A DNA stretch of 64,000 bases, from NCBI GenBank assembly GCA_036264835.1, contig DATAQE010000142.1:312-64311 (forward strand), given 5' to 3'. A program made the position numbers and the translations under genes. Source of the DNA: Candidatus Elarobacter sp. (GTDB taxonomy: Bacteria > Vulcanimicrobiota > Vulcanimicrobiia > Vulcanimicrobiales > Vulcanimicrobiaceae). The notes under the pieces are model-generated. The model worked only from the letters and a program-made list of their open reading frames with translations. It did not search any database and had not been told where the DNA came from. Shown in pieces: positions 47,461 to 56,261 of this stretch; position 1 is the first letter of the stretch, and each line of letters opens with the position of its first letter.

Positions 47461-49104
47461 CTACTTCGCGCGGAACCTCCACGCCCAGACGTTCCAGAGA
47501 TGCTGGCCGGTGACCGACGGAACGACGCCCTCCAGATCGTCGCGATAGGCGACCGCCTCCCGGTTGAAGCCGAGGAAGATCACCTCGCTCTGCTCGACCA
47601 CCCGGCGCGTGATCGCGCGGTCGCCGGCGGCCTCGCGCGCCGGGTCGGTCGTGTCGAGCTCCTCGCGCGCGGCGCGCTCGATCACCGGGTCGCAGATGTT
47701 CCCGAAGTTGTCGCCGCCCGGCGGGCGCGTGTCGCAGCGGAAGAGGTACGAGTGGTCGGCGACCGTGTTCGGCTGCCAGCCGAAATACGTGAGGTCGAAA
47801 CGGCCGCTGGGATAGATCCCGCCCTGCGCCTTCGGCTGGTAGAGCAGATTGTAGCCGTACTCTTTGAGGTCGGTGCGGACGCCGATCTTCGCGAGCTGCT
47901 GCTGCGCGAGCAGGCTGAACCGCCCGGTGGTCCGCGACTCGGTCGTCGCGATGAACTGAAGCGCGAGCGGCCGGCCATTCTTCCGGCGCACGCCGTCGGG
48001 CCCGAGACGCCAGCCGGCAGCGTCGAGCAGACGCGCGGCGGCGGCGGGATCGTAGCGCGGCTGCACGATCGTCGGGTCGTACGCGAACTGTCCCGGCAGC
48101 CGGTCGGTCTCGCCGGGTACCCAAAGTTCGCCGTCGAGATCCTGCATGATGCGGTGGCGGTCGATCCCCATCGTGAGCGCGCGCCGCACGCGGACGTCGT
48201 CGAGCGGCGGGTGCGCGAGGTTGAGCAGCACGTAGTCGAACTCGTAGTGCAGCTGCATCACGATGCGCGCATCGCCGCGCTTGCGGATCGTGTCGAGGAA
48301 CGTGCGCCCGGCCTGGACGCGCGCCGGGACGAAGTCGATGCCGCCGGAGTTCCACACCGTCGCAATGGTGTTCGAGTCGGGGATGATCGCGATCTCGATT
48401 CGCGGGATCTTCGGCGCGCCGCGGTAATAGTGCGGATCCGCGGCGAGGACGATCCGCGAGCCGCGCTGCCAGGAGACGAGCTTGTAGGGGCCGAGCCCGA
48501 TCGGCGCGGCGTTGTACGGATCGCGGTTGATGTCGTGCTTGCCGGCGAGGAGATGCGCGGGGAGGATCGGGTACGGGTCGTTCGCCGCCATCGTGAAGCA
48601 CGACGGAACGAACGGCGAGAACGGCCGCGTCAGCCGCACCTGCACGGTGTACGGGTCGAGCGCGCGCACCGCGGCGACGTGGTCGAACCCGGTGTGGTCG
48701 GGGACCGAGTTGTTCGGGTTCATCGCGGCGTCGAACGAGAAGACGACGTCGCGCGCGTCGAACGGCGCGCCGTCGTGCCAGCGCAGCCCGCGCCGCAGAT
48801 GATACGTGACGGTGCGCCCGTCGCGCGAGATCCCGCCGTTCGCGGCGGTCGGCACGACGGTCGCGAGATCGGGGACCATCTTCCCTTCGCCGTCGGCCCG
48901 GAAGAGAAACCCGTGGATCAGCGGTGCGAAATAGACGATCTGCGCGTTGTCGAAGACGAGCGGGTCGAATCCCGGCGGATCGGTCGCGCTGTCCAGATGG
49001 AGCACGTCGGTGGCGCGGCCGGCCCCGGTGCCCACTCCGGAGACGTGCGTGCACGCCGTGAGGACCACGAGCAGCACCGCGGCGAGCGCGCGAATGGAGT
49101 TCAT
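47461..49104 (-). CDS. Peptide/nickel ABC transporter substrate-binding lipoprotein (family 5)
   Basis: Lipobox LTAC, PDLA..SRDGRTVTYHLR..WHDG, GLGPYKL, DVRVRRAL. Confidence 0.9.
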   Translation of the reverse strand: MNSIRALAAVLLVVLTACTHVSGVGTGAGRATDVLHLDSATDPPGFDPLVFDNAQIVYFAPLIHGFLFRADGEGKMVPDLATVVPTAANGGISRDGRTVTYHLRRGLRWHDGAPFDARDVVFSFDAAMNPNNSVPDHTGFDHVAAVRALDPYTVQVRLTRPFSPFVPSCFTMAANDPYPILPAHLLAGKHDINRDPYNAAPIGLGPYKLVSWQRGSRIVLAADPHYYRGAPKIPRIEIAIIPDSNTIATVWNSGGIDFVPARVQAGRTFLDTIRKRGDARIVMQLHYEFDYVLLNLAHPPLDDVRVRRALTMGIDRHRIMQDLDGELWVPGETDRLPGQFAYDPTIVQPRYDPAAAARLLDAAGWRLGPDGVRRKNGRPLALQFIATTESRTTGRFSLLAQQQLAKIGVRTDLKEYGYNLLYQPKAQGGIYPSGRFDLTYFGWQPNTVADHSYLFRCDTRPPGGDNFGNICDPVIERAAREELDTTDPAREAAGDRAITRRVVEQSEVIFLGFNREAVAYRDDLEGVVPSVTGQHLWNVWAWRFRAK

Positions 49105-49150
49105 CGAGCGCGGGGTTCGGTCCCCGCGCCGCGGTCCCTTACCGGGCGGC

Positions 49151-49477
49151 TCAGATCTCGACGCGCGCGTCCGACCGGCTGACGTCGAGCCGCTGCCAGG
49201 CGGTGTAGCGCCCGTCGTTCGAGCCCGGCGCGACTTCGCGGCGCCACCACGCCGGAGCGCCGGTGGTGTCGACCTCCCATGTCTCGCCCTTGGCGATCTT
49301 CTGGGTGCCGTAGAGGACCGCGCCGTCGAGCGTCTGGCCGACGCGCACTTCGACGGTGACGCCGCCCGCGTACGAGACGTTGCGGAAACGGACCAGTCCT
49401 TCGGCCTGCGCGCGCCGCGGCGCGAGCGACGCGGCCGTCGCGGCGATGAGTCCGGAAAGAGCTTGCCTGCGAGTCAT
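49151..49477 (-). CDS. Small secreted protein with possible Tat signal
   Basis: MTRRQAL..AQA signal; GGGGAGGG RBS. Confidence 0.65.
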   Translation of the reverse strand: MTRRQALSGLIAATAASLAPRRAQAEGLVRFRNVSYAGGVTVEVRVGQTLDGAVLYGTQKIAKGETWEVDTTGAPAWWRREVAPGSNDGRYTAWQRLDVSRSDARVEI

Positions 49478-49592
49478 CGGCACCCTCCCCCGGCATGAGC
49501 CGGTACCCACTAAGGATGCGCGGCGTGCTGAGAAAACTCTGAGACCGGCGGAAGAGTGAACCGGGCCGGCCTGGAACAAGAGGTCCGCGCAC

Positions 49593-49628
49593 GGAGAGAT
49601 GGCGGAGCGGTTGAACGCGGCGGTCTTG
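49593..49628 (+). repeat. Exact 36-nt copy of 5' half of tRNA-Ser (att-like direct repeat)
   Basis: GGAGAGATGGCGGAGCGGTTGAACGCGGCGGTCTTG is identical to 51070-51105 and breaks off inside the anticodon. Confidence 0.92.
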
Positions 49629-49780
49629 CAATCTGTGTGAGTTCTCTCTACCGCGCCGTATCGTTACGTCATGTGTCGGCTGGACTAAGAGGCCGTAGCG
49701 GGTCGCGGCGTGCCGCCCGGTACCGCCGAAAACCACCCTGTACGGCTACCGCAGGGCAACTAGCCGACGTCTGAGCGATC

Positions 49781-49987
49781 TCACGCGTCCGCCGAAACTA
49801 GCGCTTCGCACCCGCACATGTGGGGCGGGTCGTCCCGCGTCCCCATGATCCAGTACGCGCACCGCGGCGTGTGAAGGCGCCGCGCGTGACCGCAGCAGGC
49901 CTGACGCGAGCACTCGAAGCACCGCAAGCCGTCGCGGAGCTTCGGCCGCTTGCGGCATTCCACGCACAGCAGGTCGTCTCGGCTCAT
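49781..49987 (-). CDS. Possible small Cys-rich (zinc-binding) protein
   Basis: CVEC..CFEC..CCGH..H..C..HMCGC in 68 aa. Confidence 0.4.
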   Translation of the reverse strand: MSRDDLLCVECRKRPKLRDGLRCFECSRQACCGHARRLHTPRCAYWIMGTRDDPPHMCGCEALVSADA

Positions 49988-50141
49988 GTCGGAGTGTTGC
50001 TTCGATCGCCGCGCCCGAACCTGGCACGCCGAAGCTCCTACGAGACGTGTCGACCGCTCATACTGCGCCGCGGTGCGCACCATCCCGGGTCCTGGGCCGC
50101 GCCGAACTGTGCAGCTCTCGTTCAGCGCGGTACAGCGGGGT

Positions 50142-50612
50142 TTAGCGCGGCGCGGCGCTATCGTACGTCAGCGGAATGGCGCAGGTCGGCGGCCCGCACC
50201 GCAGCCGGAACCGTGCGAAGCGGAACGTCACGCGGATCGTGGACGGCGCTTGATGCGCGTAACGGATCACCACCGCCCGGTCGAGCTCGTAGCGCTCGCC
50301 GTCTGGAGCATCGTCGATGATCACTCTCGGAAAGCGGCCCAGCTTTCCCACGGAGCGCGAGAAGGCGGACGCGGCCCGCGGCTCGTCCAGCATCACCGTG
50401 AGCTCGCGAAGCTCGGGCGACCACGGAACAGATGCGTTTCCTAAGATGCCGGCGACATGCAGGCTGCCCGTCGCCGAGGACCACAGCTCGGCGGGCCGGA
50501 CGGCCGGCGCGCTTGACGCCGACCCAGCCGCGCTCGCGGCGGCCCACCCCGGCGCGCTCATTGCGGCAAGGACAAGGGCGACGCGCACGACACGCAGCCG
50601 GTTTCGGCGCAT
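50142..50612 (-). CDS. Secreted hypothetical protein
   Basis: Signal peptide followed by a beta-rich domain. Confidence 0.55.
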   Translation of the reverse strand: MRRNRLRVVRVALVLAAMSAPGWAAASAAGSASSAPAVRPAELWSSATGSLHVAGILGNASVPWSPELRELTVMLDEPRAASAFSRSVGKLGRFPRVIIDDAPDGERYELDRAVVIRYAHQAPSTIRVTFRFARFRLRCGPPTCAIPLTYDSAAPR

Positions 50613-51069
50613 GGACCAACTCTCGCCATCGCCGGCACATATCTCCTCCGGCGCCCGCGCCCCCGCGGGGGCGTGATCGCGGCCTGAACACGAAACGGGA
50701 AGAGATCACGGCCGCGCCCTCGTAGCTGCAGCGCGCCCCCTTGTCGAACGCCGTGAGCGGAGAGCTTTTTTCACCATCGCCGCAGCGATCGACGCGTGAC
50801 GCGACCGCCGCCTTTCAAGGCCTACCGGTTCAAGCACAGCGGACTCACACCTCGGCGCCGCTAGCGTCGCCCGGCGCCATCTGAGGCAGAGCCGCAGCTC
50901 GTCGCGAGACACGCGCCAGGGTCACGGCTTGCGACCCGCCAACGACTCCCGGCGCGACGTGTTTTCGCGGCCCACGGCTACCGAATGGCAACCGCGGGCT
51001 CCCAACGCGCGCGGCACGGTAGCCGCGCGAGCGTCGAAAACGGCGCCACGACGCGGTTTTCCGGTACAT

Positions 51070-51159
51070 GGAGAGATGGCGGAGCGGTTGAACGCGGCGG
51101 TCTTGAAAACCGCAGGCCCTTCGCGGGGCTCGTGGGTTCGAATCCCACTCTCTCCTCCA
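51070..51159 (+). tRNA. tRNA-Ser (anticodon UGA)
   Basis: Acceptor GGAGAGA/TCTCTCC, anticodon arm GCGGT-CTTGAAA-ACCGC, long variable arm, GGTTCGAATCC, encoded CCA. Confidence 0.97.
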
Positions 51160-51184
51160 CATCGCCCGTCCGAAGAGAGGCCCG

Positions 51185-51934
51185 GTGCTCGACCATATCT
51201 CCGTCGCAGTCTCGGATTTGCAGCGTTCCATCGCGTTTTATGACGCGGTGTTCCGGCCGCTGCGCATCAGCCGGTTATGGACTGCCACAGACGCGGCGGG
51301 CTATGGATCGGAAGGCTCGGACGAGCCGTTCGCGATCAAGCGGAGCGACGGCGGTGAGCCGGTCGCGCACAACTCGCGGACGCACGTCGCGTTTCGCGCG
51401 TCGAGCCGCGACGCTGCCGCGTCGTTTCATGCACACGCTCTCGAGTTCGGTGGAACTTCGGATGGTGCACCAGGTCTTCATCCCGAATACGGTCCCGGCT
51501 ACTTCGCGGCGTTCGTTCGCGACCCGGACGGCCACAAGCTCGAAGCAGTCGTCCACGAGACGGCCCCCCGCCCGGTGTACGCGTTCGACCACGTACAGTT
51601 GGCGATGCCCGCCGGCCAAGAGTCCCTCGCCCGCCGATTCTACGCCGAGGTGCTCGGATTCGAAGAGATCCCGAAGCCGGAGGAGCTTGCCGCACGAGGC
51701 GGAGCGTGGTTCCGCAGCGGTCCGGTGAACATTCACGTGGGAGTCGACCGGGGCTTCATGCCGGCGAAGAAGGCGCACCCGGCGTTGCGTGCGGCGAACT
51801 ATGAGCGCCTTCTCGAGCGTCTGCGCGAGTGCGGCGTTACGGTCACGCCCGATCCGTTGCCGTTCGCGGGAGCGGCGCACTGCTACATCGAGGATCCGTT
51901 CGGCAACCGGGTCGAACTGATCGCCGTTCAGTGA
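51185..51934 (+). CDS. Fusion of two VOC/glyoxalase domains
   Basis: LDHISV..FYD..HVAF..YFAAFVRDPDGHKLE, then FDHVQLA..HPAL..DPFGNRVELI. Confidence 0.88.
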   Translation: MLDHISVAVSDLQRSIAFYDAVFRPLRISRLWTATDAAGYGSEGSDEPFAIKRSDGGEPVAHNSRTHVAFRASSRDAAASFHAHALEFGGTSDGAPGLHPEYGPGYFAAFVRDPDGHKLEAVVHETAPRPVYAFDHVQLAMPAGQESLARRFYAEVLGFEEIPKPEELAARGGAWFRSGPVNIHVGVDRGFMPAKKAHPALRAANYERLLERLRECGVTVTPDPLPFAGAAHCYIEDPFGNRVELIAVQ

Positions 51935-51946
51935 GAGCACGGGACG

Positions 51947-52486
51947 ATGCGGGTGATCCACGTCATGGGAGCGGCGGGTTGCGGCAAGACCACCCTGGGA
52001 AAGGCGTTGGCGCAGTGTACCGGGTACCGGCACGTCGACACGGACGACATCTACTGGCTTCCCTCGACGCCACCGTTTGAGAAGAAGCGAGACGTCGATG
52101 ATCGTATTCGGCGGTTGGCGGAGGTGCTCCAAGAGCCGCACGGGATGATTCTAACCGGATCGATCACCGGCTGGGGTGACGACCTGCTGCAGTACCTCGA
52201 TGGGGTCGTTTTCATGACGGCGCCGACCGCCGTTCGAGTCGAGCGTCTTGCCGCCCGCGAGCTCGAGCGATATGGTTACGAGATGTATGCCGATCCTGCG
52301 CTACGCGAAGGCAGTGAAGCGTTCCTCAGGTGGGCCGCTGCTTACGACGAGGGAACCGAACGGGGACGCAGCCGGTCACGTGACGAGGCGTGGCTCGATC
52401 GCATCACGATACCCGTCTTGCGGCTTGACGGACGCTTGAGCGTCGAACGACAGGTCCGGACCGTGCTCGACTGGTGCAAGCCGTAG
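51947..52486 (+). CDS. Adenylate kinase-like P-loop protein
   Basis: GAAGCGKTTLG, DTDDIYW. Confidence 0.85.
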   Translation: MRVIHVMGAAGCGKTTLGKALAQCTGYRHVDTDDIYWLPSTPPFEKKRDVDDRIRRLAEVLQEPHGMILTGSITGWGDDLLQYLDGVVFMTAPTAVRVERLAARELERYGYEMYADPALREGSEAFLRWAAAYDEGTERGRSRSRDEAWLDRITIPVLRLDGRLSVERQVRTVLDWCKP

Positions 52487-52490
52487 TCCG

Positions 52491-53444
52491 GTGAAGATTG
52501 TCGTTGCGGGCGGAACCGGGCAGCTCGGGACGCTCGTCGCTCGCGCGCATCAGGCGGCGGGTGATGAGGTCGTCGTGCTGAGCCGTGCGGTGCGCGAGGC
52601 GCCGTGGCGCGTCGTTGCGTGGGATGCGAAGAGACTCGGGTCGTGGGCCGCCGAGGTCGACGGCGCGGACGTCGTGATCAATCTGGCCGGGCGAAGCGTG
52701 AACTGCAGGTACACACCGGAGAACCGGCGCGCGATCATCGACTCACGCGTCGATTCCACACGGGTCGTCGGTGCGGCGATCGCCGCGGCGGTGAGGCCGC
52801 CGAAGGTCTGGATTCAGATGAGCACCGCGACGATCTACGCGCATCGGTATGATGCGGCGAACGACGAGCTCACCGGGATCATCGGCGGCGGCGAGCCCGG
52901 CGTGCCGGAGACGTGGCGGTTCAGCATCGACGTCGTGAAGGCGTGGGAGCGCGCGGTCGATGAGGCGGAGACGCCGGGGACACGCAAGGTGAAGCTGCGT
53001 TCGGCGATCGTCATGGCGCCGGGCGCGGGCGGGCCGTTCGATATTCTGCTTCGGCTCGTGCGGTTCGGGCTCGGCGGGCACGTGGGCGACGGGCGGCAGT
53101 ACGTCTCGTGGGTGCACGGCGACGATTTCGTGCGGGCGGTCGATCAGGTGATTCGTGACGAGTCGCTCGAGGACGCGGTGAACGTCGCGGCGCCGAATCC
53201 GCTGCCCAACGCGGAGTTCATGCGCGAGCTTCGCGCGGCGTGGGGGATGCCGGTCGGGCTTCCCGCACCCGGTCCGCTGCTGGAGGTCGGCGCGCGCGTG
53301 ATGGGCACGGAGACGGAGCTCGCGCTCAAGAGCCGGCGCGTCGTCTGCGCGAAGCTCGCCGGGACGGGGTTCGCGTTCGCGTTTCCGAGCTGGGACGCCG
53401 CCGCGCGCGATCTGTGCGCGCGTGTCCGGCGCGGCGAGGAGTGA
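52491..53444 (+). CDS. TIGR01777 (YfcH-like) NAD(P)-dependent epimerase family protein
   Basis: GGTGQLG, VINLAGRSV, SRVDST, WE, GRQYVSWVH, KSRRV. Confidence 0.88.
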   Translation: MKIVVAGGTGQLGTLVARAHQAAGDEVVVLSRAVREAPWRVVAWDAKRLGSWAAEVDGADVVINLAGRSVNCRYTPENRRAIIDSRVDSTRVVGAAIAAAVRPPKVWIQMSTATIYAHRYDAANDELTGIIGGGEPGVPETWRFSIDVVKAWERAVDEAETPGTRKVKLRSAIVMAPGAGGPFDILLRLVRFGLGGHVGDGRQYVSWVHGDDFVRAVDQVIRDESLEDAVNVAAPNPLPNAEFMRELRAAWGMPVGLPAPGPLLEVGARVMGTETELALKSRRVVCAKLAGTGFAFAFPSWDAAARDLCARVRRGEE

Positions 53445-53447
53445 GCG

Positions 53448-53990
53448 CTACTTCGCCGCGGCGGCCGGGATCAGCGGCATGACTTCGAGCGTCGGCGCGA
53501 CGGGGAGCTGCACGTTGAGCAGCAGCGGCGCGACGTCGCCCGGCGGGATGATCGCGAGCGTCGGCGCGGTCATGTACGTCGTCGTGCCGTCACCGGTGGC
53601 GACGCGCAGGCGGAACACCGCGGCTTGGCCCGGGCCGATCGTGAACTCGCGCGGCTTCTCGGTGGAGAACGTCTCCGCGACGATGCGCGGATGTTTCAGC
53701 TCATCGAGCAGCCGTACCGCCGGATAGCCGTCGATCGCGCACCCGGTCGTGCCGGTGTTCGTTAGTCCGATGCGCAGCTCGCGGTGCAGCATCGCCCCTT
53801 CGTCGGAGATGACGGCCGCGCGCAACTGCGACGCCGCGCAAGGCCGCAGGATGGCCAAGGCGTGCGGGCCGCCCGCGATCGGCGGCGCGCTCGCCGGTGC
53901 CGGCGAAGCCGCCGCGGCCGGGAGTGCGGCGAACCCGGCGCCGAGAGCGGCGAGTGCCGCGGCGAGAGCGGCGAGCGGACGATATCCCAT
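53448..53990 (-). CDS. DUF4232 family secreted protein
   Basis: Signal peptide, PCAASQL..GAM..LTNTGTTGCAIDGYPAV. Confidence 0.8.
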   Translation of the reverse strand: MGYRPLAALAAALAALGAGFAALPAAAASPAPASAPPIAGGPHALAILRPCAASQLRAAVISDEGAMLHRELRIGLTNTGTTGCAIDGYPAVRLLDELKHPRIVAETFSTEKPREFTIGPGQAAVFRLRVATGDGTTTYMTAPTLAIIPPGDVAPLLLNVQLPVAPTLEVMPLIPAAAAK

Positions 53991-54038
53991 GTTCGCGGAA
54001 CGCGGCGGAACCGGCGAACGTCGCGCGAACTTCGCGGG

Positions 54039-54600
54039 ATGCCTGCCGCCTCTCGTCTCGCGCTGCTCGACGAATTGCGCGCTTACGCGCCCGCCGACGA
54101 GTGCGAGCGCGCGATGCGCGACCGGCTCGCCGCGTTCGTCGAGGAGCACGCGGATGCGTTCGAGCGGGTGCTGTCCGTCGGGCACGTGACGGCGTCGGCC
54201 TGGATCGTCGACTCGTCGCGCACGCGGGCGCTGCTGACGCACCACCGCAAGCTCGGCAGATGGCTGCAGCTCGGCGGGCACGCCGACGGCGATGCGGACG
54301 TGCGCGCCGTCGCCCTGCGGGAAAGCGCATGAAGAGTCGGGCCTCACTTCGCTGCGATTCGCGGAAGACGCTATCTACGACGTGGACGTTCACCGAATCC
54401 CCGCGCGGCGCGGCGAGCCCGAGCACGATCACTACGACGTCCGCTTCGCGCTCGAAGCCGATCCGGAAGAACCGCTCGTCCTCAGCGAGGAGTCGCACGA
54501 GCTCGCCTGGATTCCGATCGCTCGGCTCGCAGCATACGGCGCCGACGAATCGGTCATGCGCCTCGCACGGAAGACCAGCCGTCTGCCTCAGCGCCTTTAG
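54039..54600 (+). pseudogene. NUDIX hydrolase with +1 frameshift at about 54322
   Basis: GHVTASAW..HHRKLGRWLQLGGHADGD..ALRE | AHEESGL..HYDVRF. An extra A in GAAA splits the Nudix box. Confidence 0.85.
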
Positions 54601-55943
54601 TGTGCGGCGAATAGCGCCAGCGCCGCGTCGAGCTGCGCATCGCGGCCCGGCTCGCCCGGATGCGCGTCCGGGCGCTGCTGCACGACGACGTCCGGTGTGA
54701 TCCCGACCTTGTCGATGTCGCGCCCGGCCGGGGTGAGATAGCGCGCCGTGGTCATCTTGATCGCGCCGCCGTCCGGGAGCGCGAACGTTTCCTGCACCAG
54801 GCCTTTCCCGAACGTGCGCGTGCCGACGAGCGTTCCGGCCTTGTCGTCCTGGATCGCGCCGGCGACGATCTCGGCTGCCGACGCGGTGTCGCCGTCGACA
54901 AGCACCGCGAGCGGCGCGCCGAGCGGCGCGATCCCGGGTTTCGCGGTGAACGCGGCCGGCGGACCGGTGCGCTCCTGCGTCGTCACGATCGTCCCGCGGA
55001 CGAAGTGCGAGCCGATCGCGATCGCGGCGTCGCGGTAGCCGCCGCCGTCCGCGCGCAGGTCGACGACGTACGCGCGCGCGTTCGCGGCGCGTAGCTTTGC
55101 GAGCACCGCGTCGAGCTGCTGCGGCGACTGCGCGCCGAACGCGCGGATGCGCACGTATCCGATCCCGTCCGCGAGCACGCGTCCCGTGACGTCCGGCGCG
55201 ACCGCGACCTTCCGCACGATCGCCACCGGCGTCTGCGCGACGTCGCCGCGCGTGAACGCGAGCCGCACCGTGCTCCCCGGCGCGCCGCGCAGCGCGCTCG
55301 CGACGTCGGCCGGCGAAGTCGCCGGCGGCGGGCGGCCGTCGATCGCCGTGATCGTGTCGCCCGGCTGCAAGCCGGCCGCCTCCGCCGGGCTGTCGGGGAA
55401 GACGTCGACGACGCGCACCGCGTGCGTCTGCGGATCGACGTCGAGCTCCGCGCCGATCCCCGCCGCGGCGCGCCCGTCGAGGAACCCGACGAACTTCTTG
55501 AACTGCGCCGGCGGAAACAGCACGGTGTACGGGTCGTGCAGCGTCGCCAGCTCGCCGGCGATCGTCTTCGAGACGAGATCGGCGGTGCGCAGGCGCGCGC
55601 CGTAGCGCGCGACGACCAGCGCGACGTCGCGGTCGATCTCGCTCTCCGCGCGGTAGCGGTCCGCGCCCGCAGGCAGCGGCGGAAACCGCGGCGCCGCGAT
55701 CCCGCGCGAGGCGAGATACGACGCGATCCCGCTGCGCGCGCCGTTCAGCAGCAGCGCCGGGTCGACCGGCTTGTAGTAGCGCGCGAGCACCGTGGTGTAG
55801 CAGATCTCCAGCGCGATCACGTCGAGCGCGCCGAGCGAGGCCGGAGCGCGCGCCGGCGCGACCGTGCGCGGCGCGGGAGCCGCGGCGGCCGGAGAAGCGA
55901 GAGCGGCGAGCGCGAGGACGAGCGCGAGCAGCCGGCGGGACAC
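54597..55943 (-). CDS. S41 family C-terminal processing protease with PDZ domain
   Basis: AAGGAGG RBS, signal peptide, DPYT, GIG, DLRADGGG, TASAAEI, TFGKGLVQ. Confidence 0.9.
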   Translation of the reverse strand: MSRRLLALVLALAALASPAAAAPAPRTVAPARAPASLGALDVIALEICYTTVLARYYKPVDPALLLNGARSGIASYLASRGIAAPRFPPLPAGADRYRAESEIDRDVALVVARYGARLRTADLVSKTIAGELATLHDPYTVLFPPAQFKKFVGFLDGRAAAGIGAELDVDPQTHAVRVVDVFPDSPAEAAGLQPGDTITAIDGRPPPATSPADVASALRGAPGSTVRLAFTRGDVAQTPVAIVRKVAVAPDVTGRVLADGIGYVRIRAFGAQSPQQLDAVLAKLRAANARAYVVDLRADGGGYRDAAIAIGSHFVRGTIVTTQERTGPPAAFTAKPGIAPLGAPLAVLVDGDTASAAEIVAGAIQDDKAGTLVGTRTFGKGLVQETFALPDGGAIKMTTARYLTPAGRDIDKVGITPDVVVQQRPDAHPGEPGRDAQLDAALALFAAH

Positions 55944-55976
55944 GCCTCCTTCGTTCCCGGCGGGTATCATCTCGGC

Positions 55977-56261
55977 ATGCCGACCACGAAACGCTGGTCC
56001 CATCACGTCACCGAGACGAGCGACGCGCTCGACATCGAGCGGGGCACGTTCGCGCAGGACGACCCGAAGAAGATCGCTCGCGACCTCAAGCGAGACGCCG
56101 AGCGCTCACACCGCCGCAAGTCCTCACCCTACCGCTCCGCGATGTCGATGCTGACGTTCTTCATCAACCGCGCCGGAAAGAATCTGCCGAAGAAGCGAAA
56201 GAAGACGCTGGAGCAGGCGAAGGTGGAGCTTCGCCGAGCCTTCGGCGTCGAGGATCTGTGA
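55977..56261 (+). CDS. DUF3175 family protein
   Basis: WSHHVTETSDALD, RRKSSPYRSAMSMLTFFINRAGKNL. Confidence 0.88.
   Translation: MPTTKRWSHHVTETSDALDIERGTFAQDDPKKIARDLKRDAERSHRRKSSPYRSAMSMLTFFINRAGKNLPKKRKKTLEQAKVELRRAFGVEDL

Larger units (their letters stand above)
49593..51105. mobile_element. Miniature/degenerate tRNA-Ser-integrated element without integrase
   Basis: Flanking 36-nt direct repeats; ACGGCTACCG-N3-GGCAAC at 49742 and 50974; inverted CGGTAGCCG at 51017. Confidence 0.7.

Noticed and set aside
49593-49680. Second complete tRNA (e.g. with GCA anticodon)
   Set aside because: No 3' anticodon stem, T-loop or acceptor 3' strand follows; it is only a 5' fragment.
50706-50912. Possible integrase remnant inside the tRNA element
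   Set aside because: No HxxR/LGH/Y motifs were recognisable in the frames I read.
54319-54325. GGGAAAG as a programmed -1 frameshift heptamer in the NUDIX gene
   Set aside because: It is out of phase with the reading frame, and the required shift is +1.
56164-56261. 98-nt convergent overlap of the DUF3175 and GT87-like genes as a regulatory feature
   Set aside because: Most simply explained by a run-on C-terminal tail in GC-rich DNA; no further evidence.
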